Of a stretch of DNA of 32,000 bases, positions 6,498-14,999 are shown in pieces. The stretch's first letter is position 1. Each line of letters starts with the position of its first letter. Origin of the DNA: Vulcanisaeta distributa DSM 14429 (GTDB taxonomy: Archaea > Thermoproteota > Thermoprotei > Thermoproteales > Thermocladiaceae); contig NC_014537.1 in NCBI RefSeq assembly GCF_000148385.1, positions 1,470,001-1,502,000 of the forward strand, in the 5' to 3' direction. The position numbers and the translations under genes are program-made. The notes below the pieces were generated by a model. The model saw only the letters and a list, made by a program, of their open reading frames with translations, had not been told where the DNA came from and ran no database searches.

Positions 6498-8780
6498 TTA
6501 CATCACCGTTGAGGCTATTGTGGTGATTAAACCTATTATGAATAATATGCCGAAGGCCCTAAGCACCGCTGGTTCGTAGAGTTGTGGCGCTATGTTTGTG
6601 AAGCCCAGGGCCCAGACTACGTAGAATAGTAGCATTAGGGTGAGTCCAAGGATTAGTAGTGCCTTCCTTAGCCTTGGCTTGAGTCTCGGCCTTGATGTTA
6701 ATGGCAGTGCGGTGGCTATTGGTAATGCCGCCAGGCTCATTAATAATGACTTGCCCGGTTCCTCGAGTGCCTTGATGACCGTTGGTGTTGGGCAGTGCGT
6801 TGGTTCCAGGGACTTTATTAATATTGGGTTTACGGTGATGTTCGTGGATATTACCATTGCGTTTGTCTTTATTAGTAGGTTTATTGATGAGTTAATCCAT
6901 TCATTAACCGTAATCACACCCCTCAGTACGTATAATCCGCCTCTCGTTATGTTTGTAGCTATTGATTGATTTGCTACGTTCATTGATACTAAGAACCATA
7001 TGGATCTTGTGGGTGTTGTTCCGTTTATCGTGTATGTCACAGCGTATGTGGGCGCAGTACTTGGGTAATTAAACGTGGTATTATCACTGATTATTTCCAT
7101 GCCCGAACCTTCAGTCACGTATAGTATTAATGGTTGGTCTGTACGTATGTTTACTTCGTAGATTCCTGGTTCGACATTGGTGTTTAAGTTGAAGGTTATT
7201 GGGTATGGCTTCATACCCTGCGTAATTGGTGGTGCCTCGGCGGTTGAGTCTGTGATTACCTGCCCATCCCTGAGTAGTGCCAATGAGAGGGTGGCTGGTT
7301 GGTCTATGTATGAGATTCCGTAAATAATGATGTTGTGGATCCTTCCGGTGATATTTAACCTAAGGTTAAAGGATACCACAGATCCCCTACTCACTGGTAA
7401 TACCACACCCGTGAGTTGCGTTGACATAAGTTGGGGTATTCGTGATATGTCGATGGCTGTAGCCACTACATACGTACCTGGCGGTATTGTCAACTCACCG
7501 GTACTTATCGAGATGCTACTTTGGTATAGCCCGCCAGGTATTGTTATTGAGGGGTGGTTCTCGGTATAGTTTATGGCGTTAATAATTAATTGATTAGCCA
7601 CCACGTCATAATCATTCACCACTAGCGGGCCGGCATAACCCCTAATCACGAGTTGGTAATCACCGCACACTGCGTACGTACCATTTACCCGGCTGATGGG
7701 CATTATATAGCCTATGACCTGCCTACCTGGGTTTATGGCCATTAAGGAGTATGCCGGGAGTACCGTGCTCTCGATGTAGCCCCTTGGCGCAAGTGATGCA
7801 AGGCCATAAATGTAGGCGTAATCCTTACTTAATGGCTCCCAATTAATGCCAACCTGCCCAGTCCCTTGGTATGGGGGCCACATTGGCGATATCGGCGTGG
7901 TCAACGCCGTGATTATTAGGGCTATCACGAGCGTTAGTACGGCCAATCTATTCTCGCGCAGTTTATGTAGGGCTTCTATGAGCGTTATTATGAGTATTGC
8001 GGGGACTATCGCTGTAAAGCCCACGCCACCAAGTACAGCCGTTATTAGGGCTGGTACTGCCGTGCCCAGGACAGCCAACTGCATGAATGACGTGGTCGAG
8101 AGTAAGTAAATCATGTTGTTCAGTACTTCCTGCGCAGTCACCACATGGGTCAGCGGGTAGGCGCCGGCTATCCAGTAGTACGTGAATGCTATTAGGCCTA
8201 TTGTCATTACGTACTGACTCGACTCATTAAACTCCCTCTTAACGAACCAGTGAGTTATTGGGACTAGGACATTGAGTAGGTCCGTGATTGGGCTTAGGAA
8301 GGCTAGTAATGCCGATAGGGCTGTACTAACTGGCCTATCATTATTGTCGATGTAGTAGTACATGGCTATGGCTAGTGTCGTTGATATTGCTTGTGGTAGC
8401 CATGGGTTCGTGATTAAGTTGATCAATGAGGCGTTGATTACCGATGCAAGGACTATGGCGGTTACGGGGCCAATATCTAAGCCCCTGACCCTACTTAGTT
8501 TATATGTGTAAATTGCTATTAATGAGTTTGTGGCCACTATGAGGAGTGCCATAAATACTGGTAAGTAGCCACTCATTACCAACGGGCCAAGTAATAGGCT
8601 TTGCCCAAGATCGCCAATGCCAATACTCGCCAGGCCCAGGGACTTCATAATTAGTTCTCCAAGGTCGTAATAATAACCGCTCCCATTGAATAGCTGCAGC
8701 CAAACGTAGATTATCTCAACCACGCTGACTATGTACGTGATCGCTCCAATTAGTGATTTGGCTATTAATTCACGTTTCAT
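6498..8780 (-). CDS. Large polytopic membrane protein (760 aa) with a central extracellular beta-rich, sequon-rich domain
   Basis: The N-terminal ~330 aa form many hydrophobic spans. The middle ~300 aa are rich in N-x-S/T sequons and beta-type sequence. The C-terminus has 2-3 TM spans after a basic RPRLKPRLRK stretch. There is no WWDYG (STT3) motif. Confidence 0.7.
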   Translation of the reverse strand: MKRELIAKSLIGAITYIVSVVEIIYVWLQLFNGSGYYYDLGELIMKSLGLASIGIGDLGQSLLLGPLVMSGYLPVFMALLIVATNSLIAIYTYKLSRVRGLDIGPVTAIVLASVINASLINLITNPWLPQAISTTLAIAMYYYIDNNDRPVSTALSALLAFLSPITDLLNVLVPITHWFVKREFNESSQYVMTIGLIAFTYYWIAGAYPLTHVVTAQEVLNNMIYLLSTTSFMQLAVLGTAVPALITAVLGGVGFTAIVPAILIITLIEALHKLRENRLAVLTLVIALIITALTTPISPMWPPYQGTGQVGINWEPLSKDYAYIYGLASLAPRGYIESTVLPAYSLMAINPGRQVIGYIMPISRVNGTYAVCGDYQLVIRGYAGPLVVNDYDVVANQLIINAINYTENHPSITIPGGLYQSSISISTGELTIPPGTYVVATAIDISRIPQLMSTQLTGVVLPVSRGSVVSFNLRLNITGRIHNIIIYGISYIDQPATLSLALLRDGQVITDSTAEAPPITQGMKPYPITFNLNTNVEPGIYEVNIRTDQPLILYVTEGSGMEIISDNTTFNYPSTAPTYAVTYTINGTTPTRSIWFLVSMNVANQSIATNITRGGLYVLRGVITVNEWINSSINLLIKTNAMVISTNITVNPILIKSLEPTHCPTPTVIKALEEPGKSLLMSLAALPIATALPLTSRPRLKPRLRKALLILGLTLMLLFYVVWALGFTNIAPQLYEPAVLRAFGILFIIGLITTIASTVM

Positions 8781-8810
8781 GAATGATTATGATTATAATG
8801 CGGTACATCT

Positions 8811-9179
8811 TTAATGCTTTACCTCGATTGAGTGTAGGCAGTGCCTAATACCAATTATTAAATATATTAATTCATTGATTACCTCGCCCAGGGACTTACC
8901 ACTACTCATTATTGTGATCGGCATTTCAATCCTCAACTCATCACCGACAGCATTAATCATTAATTGACTAAGTACGTGATCACCCCTTACATAGCTCATT
9001 AATACATCCATTACTTTACCGAGTTCATTAACCCTTATTATGCATGGCACGTAGTTAATGCCATTAATGACATACTTGCTATAGTCCATGTCGCACTCAA
9101 CGTGGATACCCCCCTCATCCCTAATGAGTGTGCTCACACTAATTGCCACTAGGTATAACTTTTTAAAGGGAATGCCCAT
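8811..9179 (-). CDS. Hypothetical protein (122 aa from ATG 9179; alternative ATG at 9197)
   Basis: The ORF runs divergent from psmB. I recognise no family, and the start choice is uncertain. Confidence 0.45.
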   Translation of the reverse strand: MGIPFKKLYLVAISVSTLIRDEGGIHVECDMDYSKYVINGINYVPCIIRVNELGKVMDVLMSYVRGDHVLSQLMINAVGDELRIEMPITIMSSGKSLGEVINELIYLIIGIRHCLHSIEVKH

Positions 9180-9190
9180 TAATTGCTTTG

Positions 9191-9808
9191 ATGTCATCAA
9201 TTGAGGAATTAATAACTGGGACTGCGGTTGGGATTAAGGCGAGCGACGGCGTTGTATTGGCCGCTGAGAAGAGGGTTGCCTATGGATTCACCATGTTCAG
9301 TAGGTCGGGTAAGAAGGTGTTTAAGGTTAATGATAACATTGGCATAGCCTCAATAGGCATACTAGCCGATATGCAGGTCCTCACGAAGATCGCCAAGGCA
9401 TACATGTCACTCTACGCCCTAGACACGAAGACCAGGCCAAGCATTAGGTCAGCCGCCAAGCTCCTGTCATACGTGCTATTCGCCAACAGGGTACTACCAT
9501 ACTTCGTGGAGGTTCTGGTCGGCGGCGTCGATGATGAGGGACCGCACCTCTTCATAATGGATTCGCTTGGTTCTCTAATCGAGGATGACTACGCGGCTGT
9601 TGGCACAGGCACGAAGTTGGCAATCGCAATACTTGAGAGTAATTATAAGCCCAGCATGACTGTTAAGGAGGCCAGGGAATTAGCCATTAAGGCAATTAAC
9701 CAGAGCATATCCAGGGATCCGGTCTCTGGTGATGGTATTGATATACTGACAATAACGGGTAATGGCTCAGCCGAGGAGACAATACCACTACAACCGCTGC
9801 GATTATAA
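9191..9808 (+). CDS. psmB: Proteasome beta subunit
   Basis: A short propeptide precedes G|TAVGIKASDGVVLAAEKR, which supplies the active-site Thr after processing. Typical 20S beta-subunit sequence runs throughout. A TATA-like CTTTTTAAAG lies at 9159-9168, about 25 nt upstream of ATG 9191. Confidence 0.9.
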   Translation: MSSIEELITGTAVGIKASDGVVLAAEKRVAYGFTMFSRSGKKVFKVNDNIGIASIGILADMQVLTKIAKAYMSLYALDTKTRPSIRSAAKLLSYVLFANRVLPYFVEVLVGGVDDEGPHLFIMDSLGSLIEDDYAAVGTGTKLAIAILESNYKPSMTVKEARELAIKAINQSISRDPVSGDGIDILTITGNGSAEETIPLQPLRL

Positions 9809-9818
9809 AATTGAGTGT

Positions 9819-9888
9819 GCCCCGCCTTGGAGGAGCACAGCCTCATCGGTGGGTTAATCCCAACTCAGTCGGCCCACGCCAGCGGGGC
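9819..9888. other. GC-rich multi-hairpin element downstream of psmB (candidate sRNA or 3' structure)
   Basis: A 7-bp closing stem GCCCCGC(9819-9825)/GCGGGGC(9882-9888) encloses three small hairpins: GAGG/CCTC, TGGG/CCCA and GGC/GCC. By hand count it is about 69% G+C. It is not a canonical tRNA. Confidence 0.25.
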
Positions 9889-9966
9889 TATTTAGTAGTA
9901 ATAAAGGGTGTTTTAGTACCTTTTACCGTAAAGACTTAAGAACTGCCTATACACATGTCTTCACAG

Positions 9967-10016
9967 GTGATGTGCCTCCACGGGACTGAGGACCTGATGA
10001 AATTGGTCTTTGCTGA
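9967..10016 (+). ncRNA. C/D box sRNA (2'-O-methylation guide)
   Basis: The layout is C box GUGAUGU (9967-9973), a 12-nt guide GCCUCCACGGGA, and D' CUGA (9986-9989). A 4-nt spacer follows, then C' CUGAUGA (9994-10000), a 12-nt guide AAUUGGUCUUUG, and D CUGA (10013-10016). This is the canonical archaeal architecture and spacing, and the location is intergenic. Confidence 0.7.
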
Positions 10017-10024
10017 CTTAATGC

Positions 10025-10088
10025 GTTTTATTATTTGCGTTACCAATCATTAGTAACGCAAACGGTTATTGAGCAAACCTGCCTTAAT
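10025..10088. repeat. Inverted-repeat copy B (partner at 6057-6120), containing a near-perfect 23-bp palindrome at 10037-10059
   Basis: GCGTTACCAAT C ATTAGTAACGC has one arm mismatch. The flanking AACGGTTATTGAGCAAACCTGCCTTAAT is the reverse complement of 6057-6085 with 2 mismatches. Confidence 0.75.
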
Positions 10089-10157
10089 AATGCCGTACGT
10101 CGCTTACCTGAGGTAGATTTTTATTCATGGGCGTTTACCTTTGCCTGTAATTGTTGT

Positions 10158-11609
10158 ATGGCCTTGATATTGGTTAGGTATGGTGAGGTTGCGATTAAGG
10201 GAGCGGGTACAAGGTCTAGGATGGAGAGGTTACTCATGCATAACATAATCAGTGGTTTGAGGGGTATTGGTGTTAATGCTAAAGTTATCAAGTCCCAGGG
10301 TAGGTTGTTTGTTGAGGTCCCTGATGATAGGGTTAAGGAGGGTGTTGATTTGATTAGTCGGGTTTTTGGTGTTAAGTCTTTATCTCCTGTTAAGGCCTAC
10401 GTATTTAAGGAATTGAATGATATAGTCAATGCGGCGATTAAGGAATGGAGTGACTTAATTAAGGGTAGGAGATTCGCAGTTAGGGTTCACAGGGTAGGTT
10501 CACATAACTTCACATCAATGGACGTGGCCAAGGCCGTTGGTGCCGCGCTCAAGCCATTTAGTGCTGGTGTGGATCTCGAGAGGCCCGATATTGAGTTGTT
10601 CATTGAGATTAGGGGTGATAGGGCGTACCTATTTACCGAGGTAATTAATGGGCCTGGTGGTCTACCACTTGGTTCTGAGGGTAAGTTATTGGCTTTAATA
10701 TCAGGTGGCTTTGACTCGCCGGTTGCTGCCTGGTTCATGATGAGGAGGGGGTCCTACGTAGATGCGCTGTTCTGTTCCCTGGCTTACCCCATTGACGTTA
10801 TTAATTTCCTCAGGGTCTCACATGTGTTATTCAGCAGGTGGTCTATTGGTTATGACCCGAGGTTATTCATAATCGATTGTTCACCATTAATCGGCGAATT
10901 TAGGGCTAAGGCCGACCCACACATGTGGAGTGTTCTGTTCAAGAGGGTTCTTTACGAGGTCGCCTCTAGGGTTGCCAGGTCAATAAGTGCGTTGGGTATC
11001 GTAACGGGTGAATCACTCGGTCAAGTTTCGTCACAGACCCTCCATAATCTGATGGCTATTGAGCATGGTATTGACATGCCCATTTACAGGCCGTTAATTG
11101 GCCTTGATAAGGACGAAATAATGAATTACGCGAGGAGGATAGGGACTTATGAGGAGTCAATGAGGACTGAGGAGTTCTGCGCAATATTCTCGGAGAAACC
11201 AAGGACGAGAGTTACAATTGATGAATTGGATAATGAGTTTAGGAAGCTTGATCAAAACTTCATTAATAACTTACTTAACAGTGTCGTAACACTAAGGGTA
11301 AGTGCGGCTGTTAAGGTCATTGATGAGTTAATGCTTGGTACTAACGATGTGGAGATTGATCACGTGCCCGAGAATGCCGTGGTCATTGACCTAAGGAGTA
11401 GGGGTGAGTACGAAACGTGGCATTACCCAGGTGCTGTAAATGTGGATGTTGATAAATTGGTGAGCACGGCTGAGTCCCTGGGTAGGGATAAGATCTACGT
11501 GCTGTATTGCAGCAGGGGTTTGAGCAGTAGGTGGGGTGCGCTTGAGCTTAGGAGGTTGGGTTTCAAGGCATTCTCCATAGACATTGACAAGCTGAGGAGG
11601 TCGTCATGA
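10158..11609 (+). CDS. thiI: tRNA 4-thiouridine synthase ThiI (THUMP + PP-loop ATPase + C-terminal rhodanese domain)
   Basis: MALILVRYGEVAIKG matches the ThiI N-terminus. The PP-loop is SGGFDSPVAAW. GESLGQVSSQT is present. The C-terminal LYCSRGLSSRWGALELRRLGF has a rhodanese C-x4-R active-site loop. I set the start at the internal ATG, and the track extension 10035-10157 covers repeat B. Confidence 0.9.
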   Translation: MALILVRYGEVAIKGAGTRSRMERLLMHNIISGLRGIGVNAKVIKSQGRLFVEVPDDRVKEGVDLISRVFGVKSLSPVKAYVFKELNDIVNAAIKEWSDLIKGRRFAVRVHRVGSHNFTSMDVAKAVGAALKPFSAGVDLERPDIELFIEIRGDRAYLFTEVINGPGGLPLGSEGKLLALISGGFDSPVAAWFMMRRGSYVDALFCSLAYPIDVINFLRVSHVLFSRWSIGYDPRLFIIDCSPLIGEFRAKADPHMWSVLFKRVLYEVASRVARSISALGIVTGESLGQVSSQTLHNLMAIEHGIDMPIYRPLIGLDKDEIMNYARRIGTYEESMRTEEFCAIFSEKPRTRVTIDELDNEFRKLDQNFINNLLNSVVTLRVSAAVKVIDELMLGTNDVEIDHVPENAVVIDLRSRGEYETWHYPGAVNVDVDKLVSTAESLGRDKIYVLYCSRGLSSRWGALELRRLGFKAFSIDIDKLRRSS

Positions 11610-12379
11610 GGGTGTCTAGGGGACCTAGCGAGGGCTATGTGAGGTCTAGGGTGCCCAGGGGATTTCACCTTGAGGTTGCCAGGAGTATTCAGAGGGCTTT
11701 GGCGAGTAAGGTTGTTGAGGAGGACTTGGTCAATATCGATAATGTTGACCTGGTGTCTGGGGTTGACGTGGCGTACATTAACCATGGCGATGTGGAGATA
11801 GGAGTTTCAGTTGCCAGCACTTACTCCCTGAGCAATTCATCAATTATTGAATGGAGTTGCTGGGTTGGTCCAGTAACATTTCCCTACGTACCAACCCTAC
11901 TCTCCTTCAGGGAATTGAAACCCGTGGTAAATGCCTACCTTAGGTTAAGGACTAAGCCCCAGGTGGTTCTCATTGATGGACATGGTAGGGCACACCCATA
12001 TAGGCTCGGCATTGCCAGTCACTTCGGCGTATGCATGCGCATACCCACCATCGGTGTTGCTAAGTCATTACTATATGGTAAGGTGGATAGGGTCGAGGGA
12101 CCAATACTTGACGTAGGCACAAACGAGGTTATTGGTTGGGCAATTCGGTGTGCGCCGGGTAAGCCGACCTACGTCAGTGTTGGTTATGGGGTTTCGCTGG
12201 GTAGTGCTGTTAACCTTATCAAGAGGTTATGCGTGGGTTCTCAAATGCCAATACCAATACTTCACTCACATAACATGGCCAATAACCTGAAGAGGAGAAT
12301 TACGAAGAAGCTGATGAGCGAGAAATCAATTGAGGAATTGGACAGCGAGTGTAGGTCATCAATGAGGGATTACCTCTAA
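11606..12379 (+). CDS. nfi: Endonuclease V
   Basis: The supporting segments are VSGVDVAY, LLSFRELKPVV, VVLIDGHGRAHPYRLGIASHFGV and PTIGVAKSLLYG. An ATGA overlap joins it to the thiI stop. Confidence 0.85.
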   Translation: MRVSRGPSEGYVRSRVPRGFHLEVARSIQRALASKVVEEDLVNIDNVDLVSGVDVAYINHGDVEIGVSVASTYSLSNSSIIEWSCWVGPVTFPYVPTLLSFRELKPVVNAYLRLRTKPQVVLIDGHGRAHPYRLGIASHFGVCMRIPTIGVAKSLLYGKVDRVEGPILDVGTNEVIGWAIRCAPGKPTYVSVGYGVSLGSAVNLIKRLCVGSQMPIPILHSHNMANNLKRRITKKLMSEKSIEELDSECRSSMRDYL

Positions 12380-12387
12380 TCTTATCA

Positions 12388-12906
12388 TCACCACTTCCTG
12401 CCAAGCTTCTCAGGTATTAGTAACTTTTGTCTCTCGATGACGTAAGTCCTGGCATCCCTAATCATTGAATCAATGACCTGCGGATTAGCCCTAGCCTTAG
12501 CAGAGTCCAGTATCGCCTTAGCTGTATCCACGAGCTTCAAGTCATACTCAACAAGCCTTTCCAAGTTCTCGGGAAAAACCTTAAACCTATCATGCATGCC
12601 AGCATCACCGGTTGGTGAGCCCCAAACCTCGGCTATTAAACTCCTTAGGTCACTTAGCACGGTCTCGTATTGCTGTATTAATGGGTCAAATGGGTTATTA
12701 CGGGCCACCTCCTCCTCAGCCCTCTCGATAAAGCCCAGTGCCTCCTCAAGCATTGAGGCCGCGGTCTTCCTAACAAGGAAATCATCCTGCCTAATCAAAT
12801 CCTTGACCTTATAACCCCTAAACCCAGGCACCATCAATTGCAATCTCTCTAACGGGCTTAGTGGGGACTCCGAAATTGGTGGTTTTATTTCGTTGCCCGA
12901 AGACAT
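12388..12906 (-). CDS. Hypothetical helical/coiled-coil protein (172 aa)
   Basis: It is a clean ORF with amphipathic helical sequence. I recognise no family. Confidence 0.55.
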   Translation of the reverse strand: MSSGNEIKPPISESPLSPLERLQLMVPGFRGYKVKDLIRQDDFLVRKTAASMLEEALGFIERAEEEVARNNPFDPLIQQYETVLSDLRSLIAEVWGSPTGDAGMHDRFKVFPENLERLVEYDLKLVDTAKAILDSAKARANPQVIDSMIRDARTYVIERQKLLIPEKLGRKW

Positions 12907-12960
12907 TGATTACTTATCTATGCTTAATTTTATAAACCTAGCTTAGTAATTGAATGAGAA

Positions 12961-13281
12961 TTAGCATTCAACACCTACGACATCCTTACATGAATTAAGC
13001 AATTCCCTATACAGATGCGTTAAAATCCTGGCGGCCTTAATCTTCGTATCCAACGCTTCAAGTAATTCATAATAGGCCCTCTTAAGTATTTCCCTAATAT
13101 CCTCGGGCCTTGTCTTCAGTGATAATTCAAAACTAACGGTGTGACACACAACTTTAACAATTGGTTCCTCGACGCATCCTGTCAGCCTGATAATTACCTT
13201 ACCCTCATCAACCCTAAACTCAGGAACTAAATTTAAACTAGATAGAATCCAATTACCACCAACTGGTGTTACGTCAGGCAT
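12961..13281 (-). CDS. Hypothetical protein (106 aa)
   Basis: The ORF is co-oriented with its neighbours. I recognise no family. Confidence 0.45.
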   Translation of the reverse strand: MPDVTPVGGNWILSSLNLVPEFRVDEGKVIIRLTGCVEEPIVKVVCHTVSFELSLKTRPEDIREILKRAYYELLEALDTKIKAARILTHLYRELLNSCKDVVGVEC

Positions 13282-13336
13282 GATGTGTTAGTAAATTCAT
13301 TATTACTTTTAAAGTAATACACCATATGGAGAATTC

Positions 13337-14911
13337 TCATGATTTGATTGGCGTTTCGTATGGTTTTGGTAGTCCTGAGTACACACCCCATACGTAGAAT
13401 ATTATTGCGAGTATCGTAACCACCACCATGTCATATGGGAACTTGAGTATTGGCATTGGACCACCGGCGGTTTGACCTATGTAAGTCATTAGGACCATCG
13501 CCAGCATGTAAACGACATACCAAATGGAGTTCCTAAGGCCAGCCTTAACCCTATAAATGGCGCCGAATATTATTGAGAGTATAAACACGAGCAACACGCC
13601 ATAAGGCGTAGCCGGCCAACCACTCCAATATATGATCCAGGTGGCGAATATGAAGGCTAACGCACCAATTATTGCTGGTGCAGGAACCCTATAAACACCG
13701 CTTAAACCCTGCCTTCTTGAGACAACAAGTGATATGGGTACTACCGAGAAGCCTAGGTAACCAGCGACCACGGCCTCCTCAATTATCGTGTATACTGTCG
13801 GTATTGGTGAGAGCAGGGCAAGTACTAGACCCGCCAAGCCAAATATTATCAATGCCCAGTAGGGTACTGCGTATCTCTCGTGAATCTCGCCGACCCTCGC
13901 ACCAACGTACTTGGACCTATACATTGAGAATAACACCCTAGAACCAGCACCAAGGTATATATAGCCTACCACGAATGGCCCCAGTATACCGACTATCGTG
14001 GCTACCACCAATAAATATGTAAGTCCGTACTTACCCGCAATGAATATCACTGGGTTGTAGGCCGATGTAATCATCGTTAGGTCGGCCCAATCACCAGGCT
14101 TAACACCAAAGGCGCTCCAGTTAAGTGAGGCTACGTAAGCTACAGCAAACAATACATAAACTAATGTTTGCCCAATGACAACAAGCAATACCGCAAGTGG
14201 TAAATCTCTCTGTGGGTTCTTCATTTCCTCGGCGTAGTCAGGTATAACCCTGGTACCACCAAAGGCGAACATGGCGAGTGGTATTGAGGAGAACATGGCT
14301 GCTGCGCCGTAGGGCATGAAGCCGCCAGGCAAGCCAGCGAAGTTCTGGGGCATGAATACGGCAATCATCAAGCCAACCGGTATTATTAGGTAGAGGATTA
14401 TCTTAAGTATGCCGATGCCGGTCGTTGTAACTCCGAAGACTTTAACGCCATAGTAATTAAACGGCACCATTAGTAGTATTAGTGCTGCGGCTACCGCAGC
14501 CCCAAGCCACGTGGGTATACCGGTTGGTGTGATTAGGTTGTGTGTGAAGTAGTTTATTCCGTAAACCACGGCAATTGCTTCGGCAGGTGGTATGAACAGG
14601 TACCAAACCAGGGATGCCCAGGCATTTAGAAGGTTAGTCACGGGACCATGAGTATAGTAAGCATAACGAGCAGGACCACCAGCCTCAGGATAAAGCGTGC
14701 CCATTTCCATATACGTTAAGCTTATGAAGAAGTAGAATATGCCGCCCAATATCCAACCGAGTACAACGGCTGGGCCGCTCATAACCATCATTTGAGGAGC
14801 AGAAAACAATATGCCGGTACCAATTGCGCCCACGAGCCCTATTATTACTAGCTCAGGCAGGCTTAGTTCTTTACGTAGACTAACTCTCTGCCTACTCTCA
14901 GAACCTGGCAT
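13337..14911 (-). CDS. APC-superfamily amino acid/polyamine permease
   Basis: The protein is 524 aa with about 12-14 hydrophobic spans. The N-terminal LSLPELVIIGLVGAIGTGILFS is typical of APC transporters. Confidence 0.8.
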   Translation of the reverse strand: MPGSESRQRVSLRKELSLPELVIIGLVGAIGTGILFSAPQMMVMSGPAVVLGWILGGIFYFFISLTYMEMGTLYPEAGGPARYAYYTHGPVTNLLNAWASLVWYLFIPPAEAIAVVYGINYFTHNLITPTGIPTWLGAAVAAALILLMVPFNYYGVKVFGVTTTGIGILKIILYLIIPVGLMIAVFMPQNFAGLPGGFMPYGAAAMFSSIPLAMFAFGGTRVIPDYAEEMKNPQRDLPLAVLLVVIGQTLVYVLFAVAYVASLNWSAFGVKPGDWADLTMITSAYNPVIFIAGKYGLTYLLVVATIVGILGPFVVGYIYLGAGSRVLFSMYRSKYVGARVGEIHERYAVPYWALIIFGLAGLVLALLSPIPTVYTIIEEAVVAGYLGFSVVPISLVVSRRQGLSGVYRVPAPAIIGALAFIFATWIIYWSGWPATPYGVLLVFILSIIFGAIYRVKAGLRNSIWYVVYMLAMVLMTYIGQTAGGPMPILKFPYDMVVVTILAIIFYVWGVYSGLPKPYETPIKS

Positions 14912-14999
14912 GTTTGTCAGGTAATATTCTGTCTTTTAAATTTTATCATTTATCTCGATTTAATTTTGTTCCTTAAGTAAAACTTTTATCATGATATTA

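Noticed and set aside
9819-9888. Possible tRNA gene (7-bp GC acceptor-like stem enclosing three hairpins)
   Set aside because: On neither strand do the arms have canonical sizes; the loops are 7, 5 and 4 nt. There is no GTTCRAAT-type T-loop and no D-loop GG. The total of 70 nt lacks a proper 7-nt anticodon loop. I kept it only as an unclassified structured element.
10035-10157. Long N-terminal extension of ThiI in the ORF track (TTG start at 10035)
   Set aside because: The extension runs through inverted-repeat copy B and an AT-rich promoter-like stretch, and it translates to non-ThiI sequence. The conserved ThiI N-terminus MALILVRYGE starts at ATG 10158.
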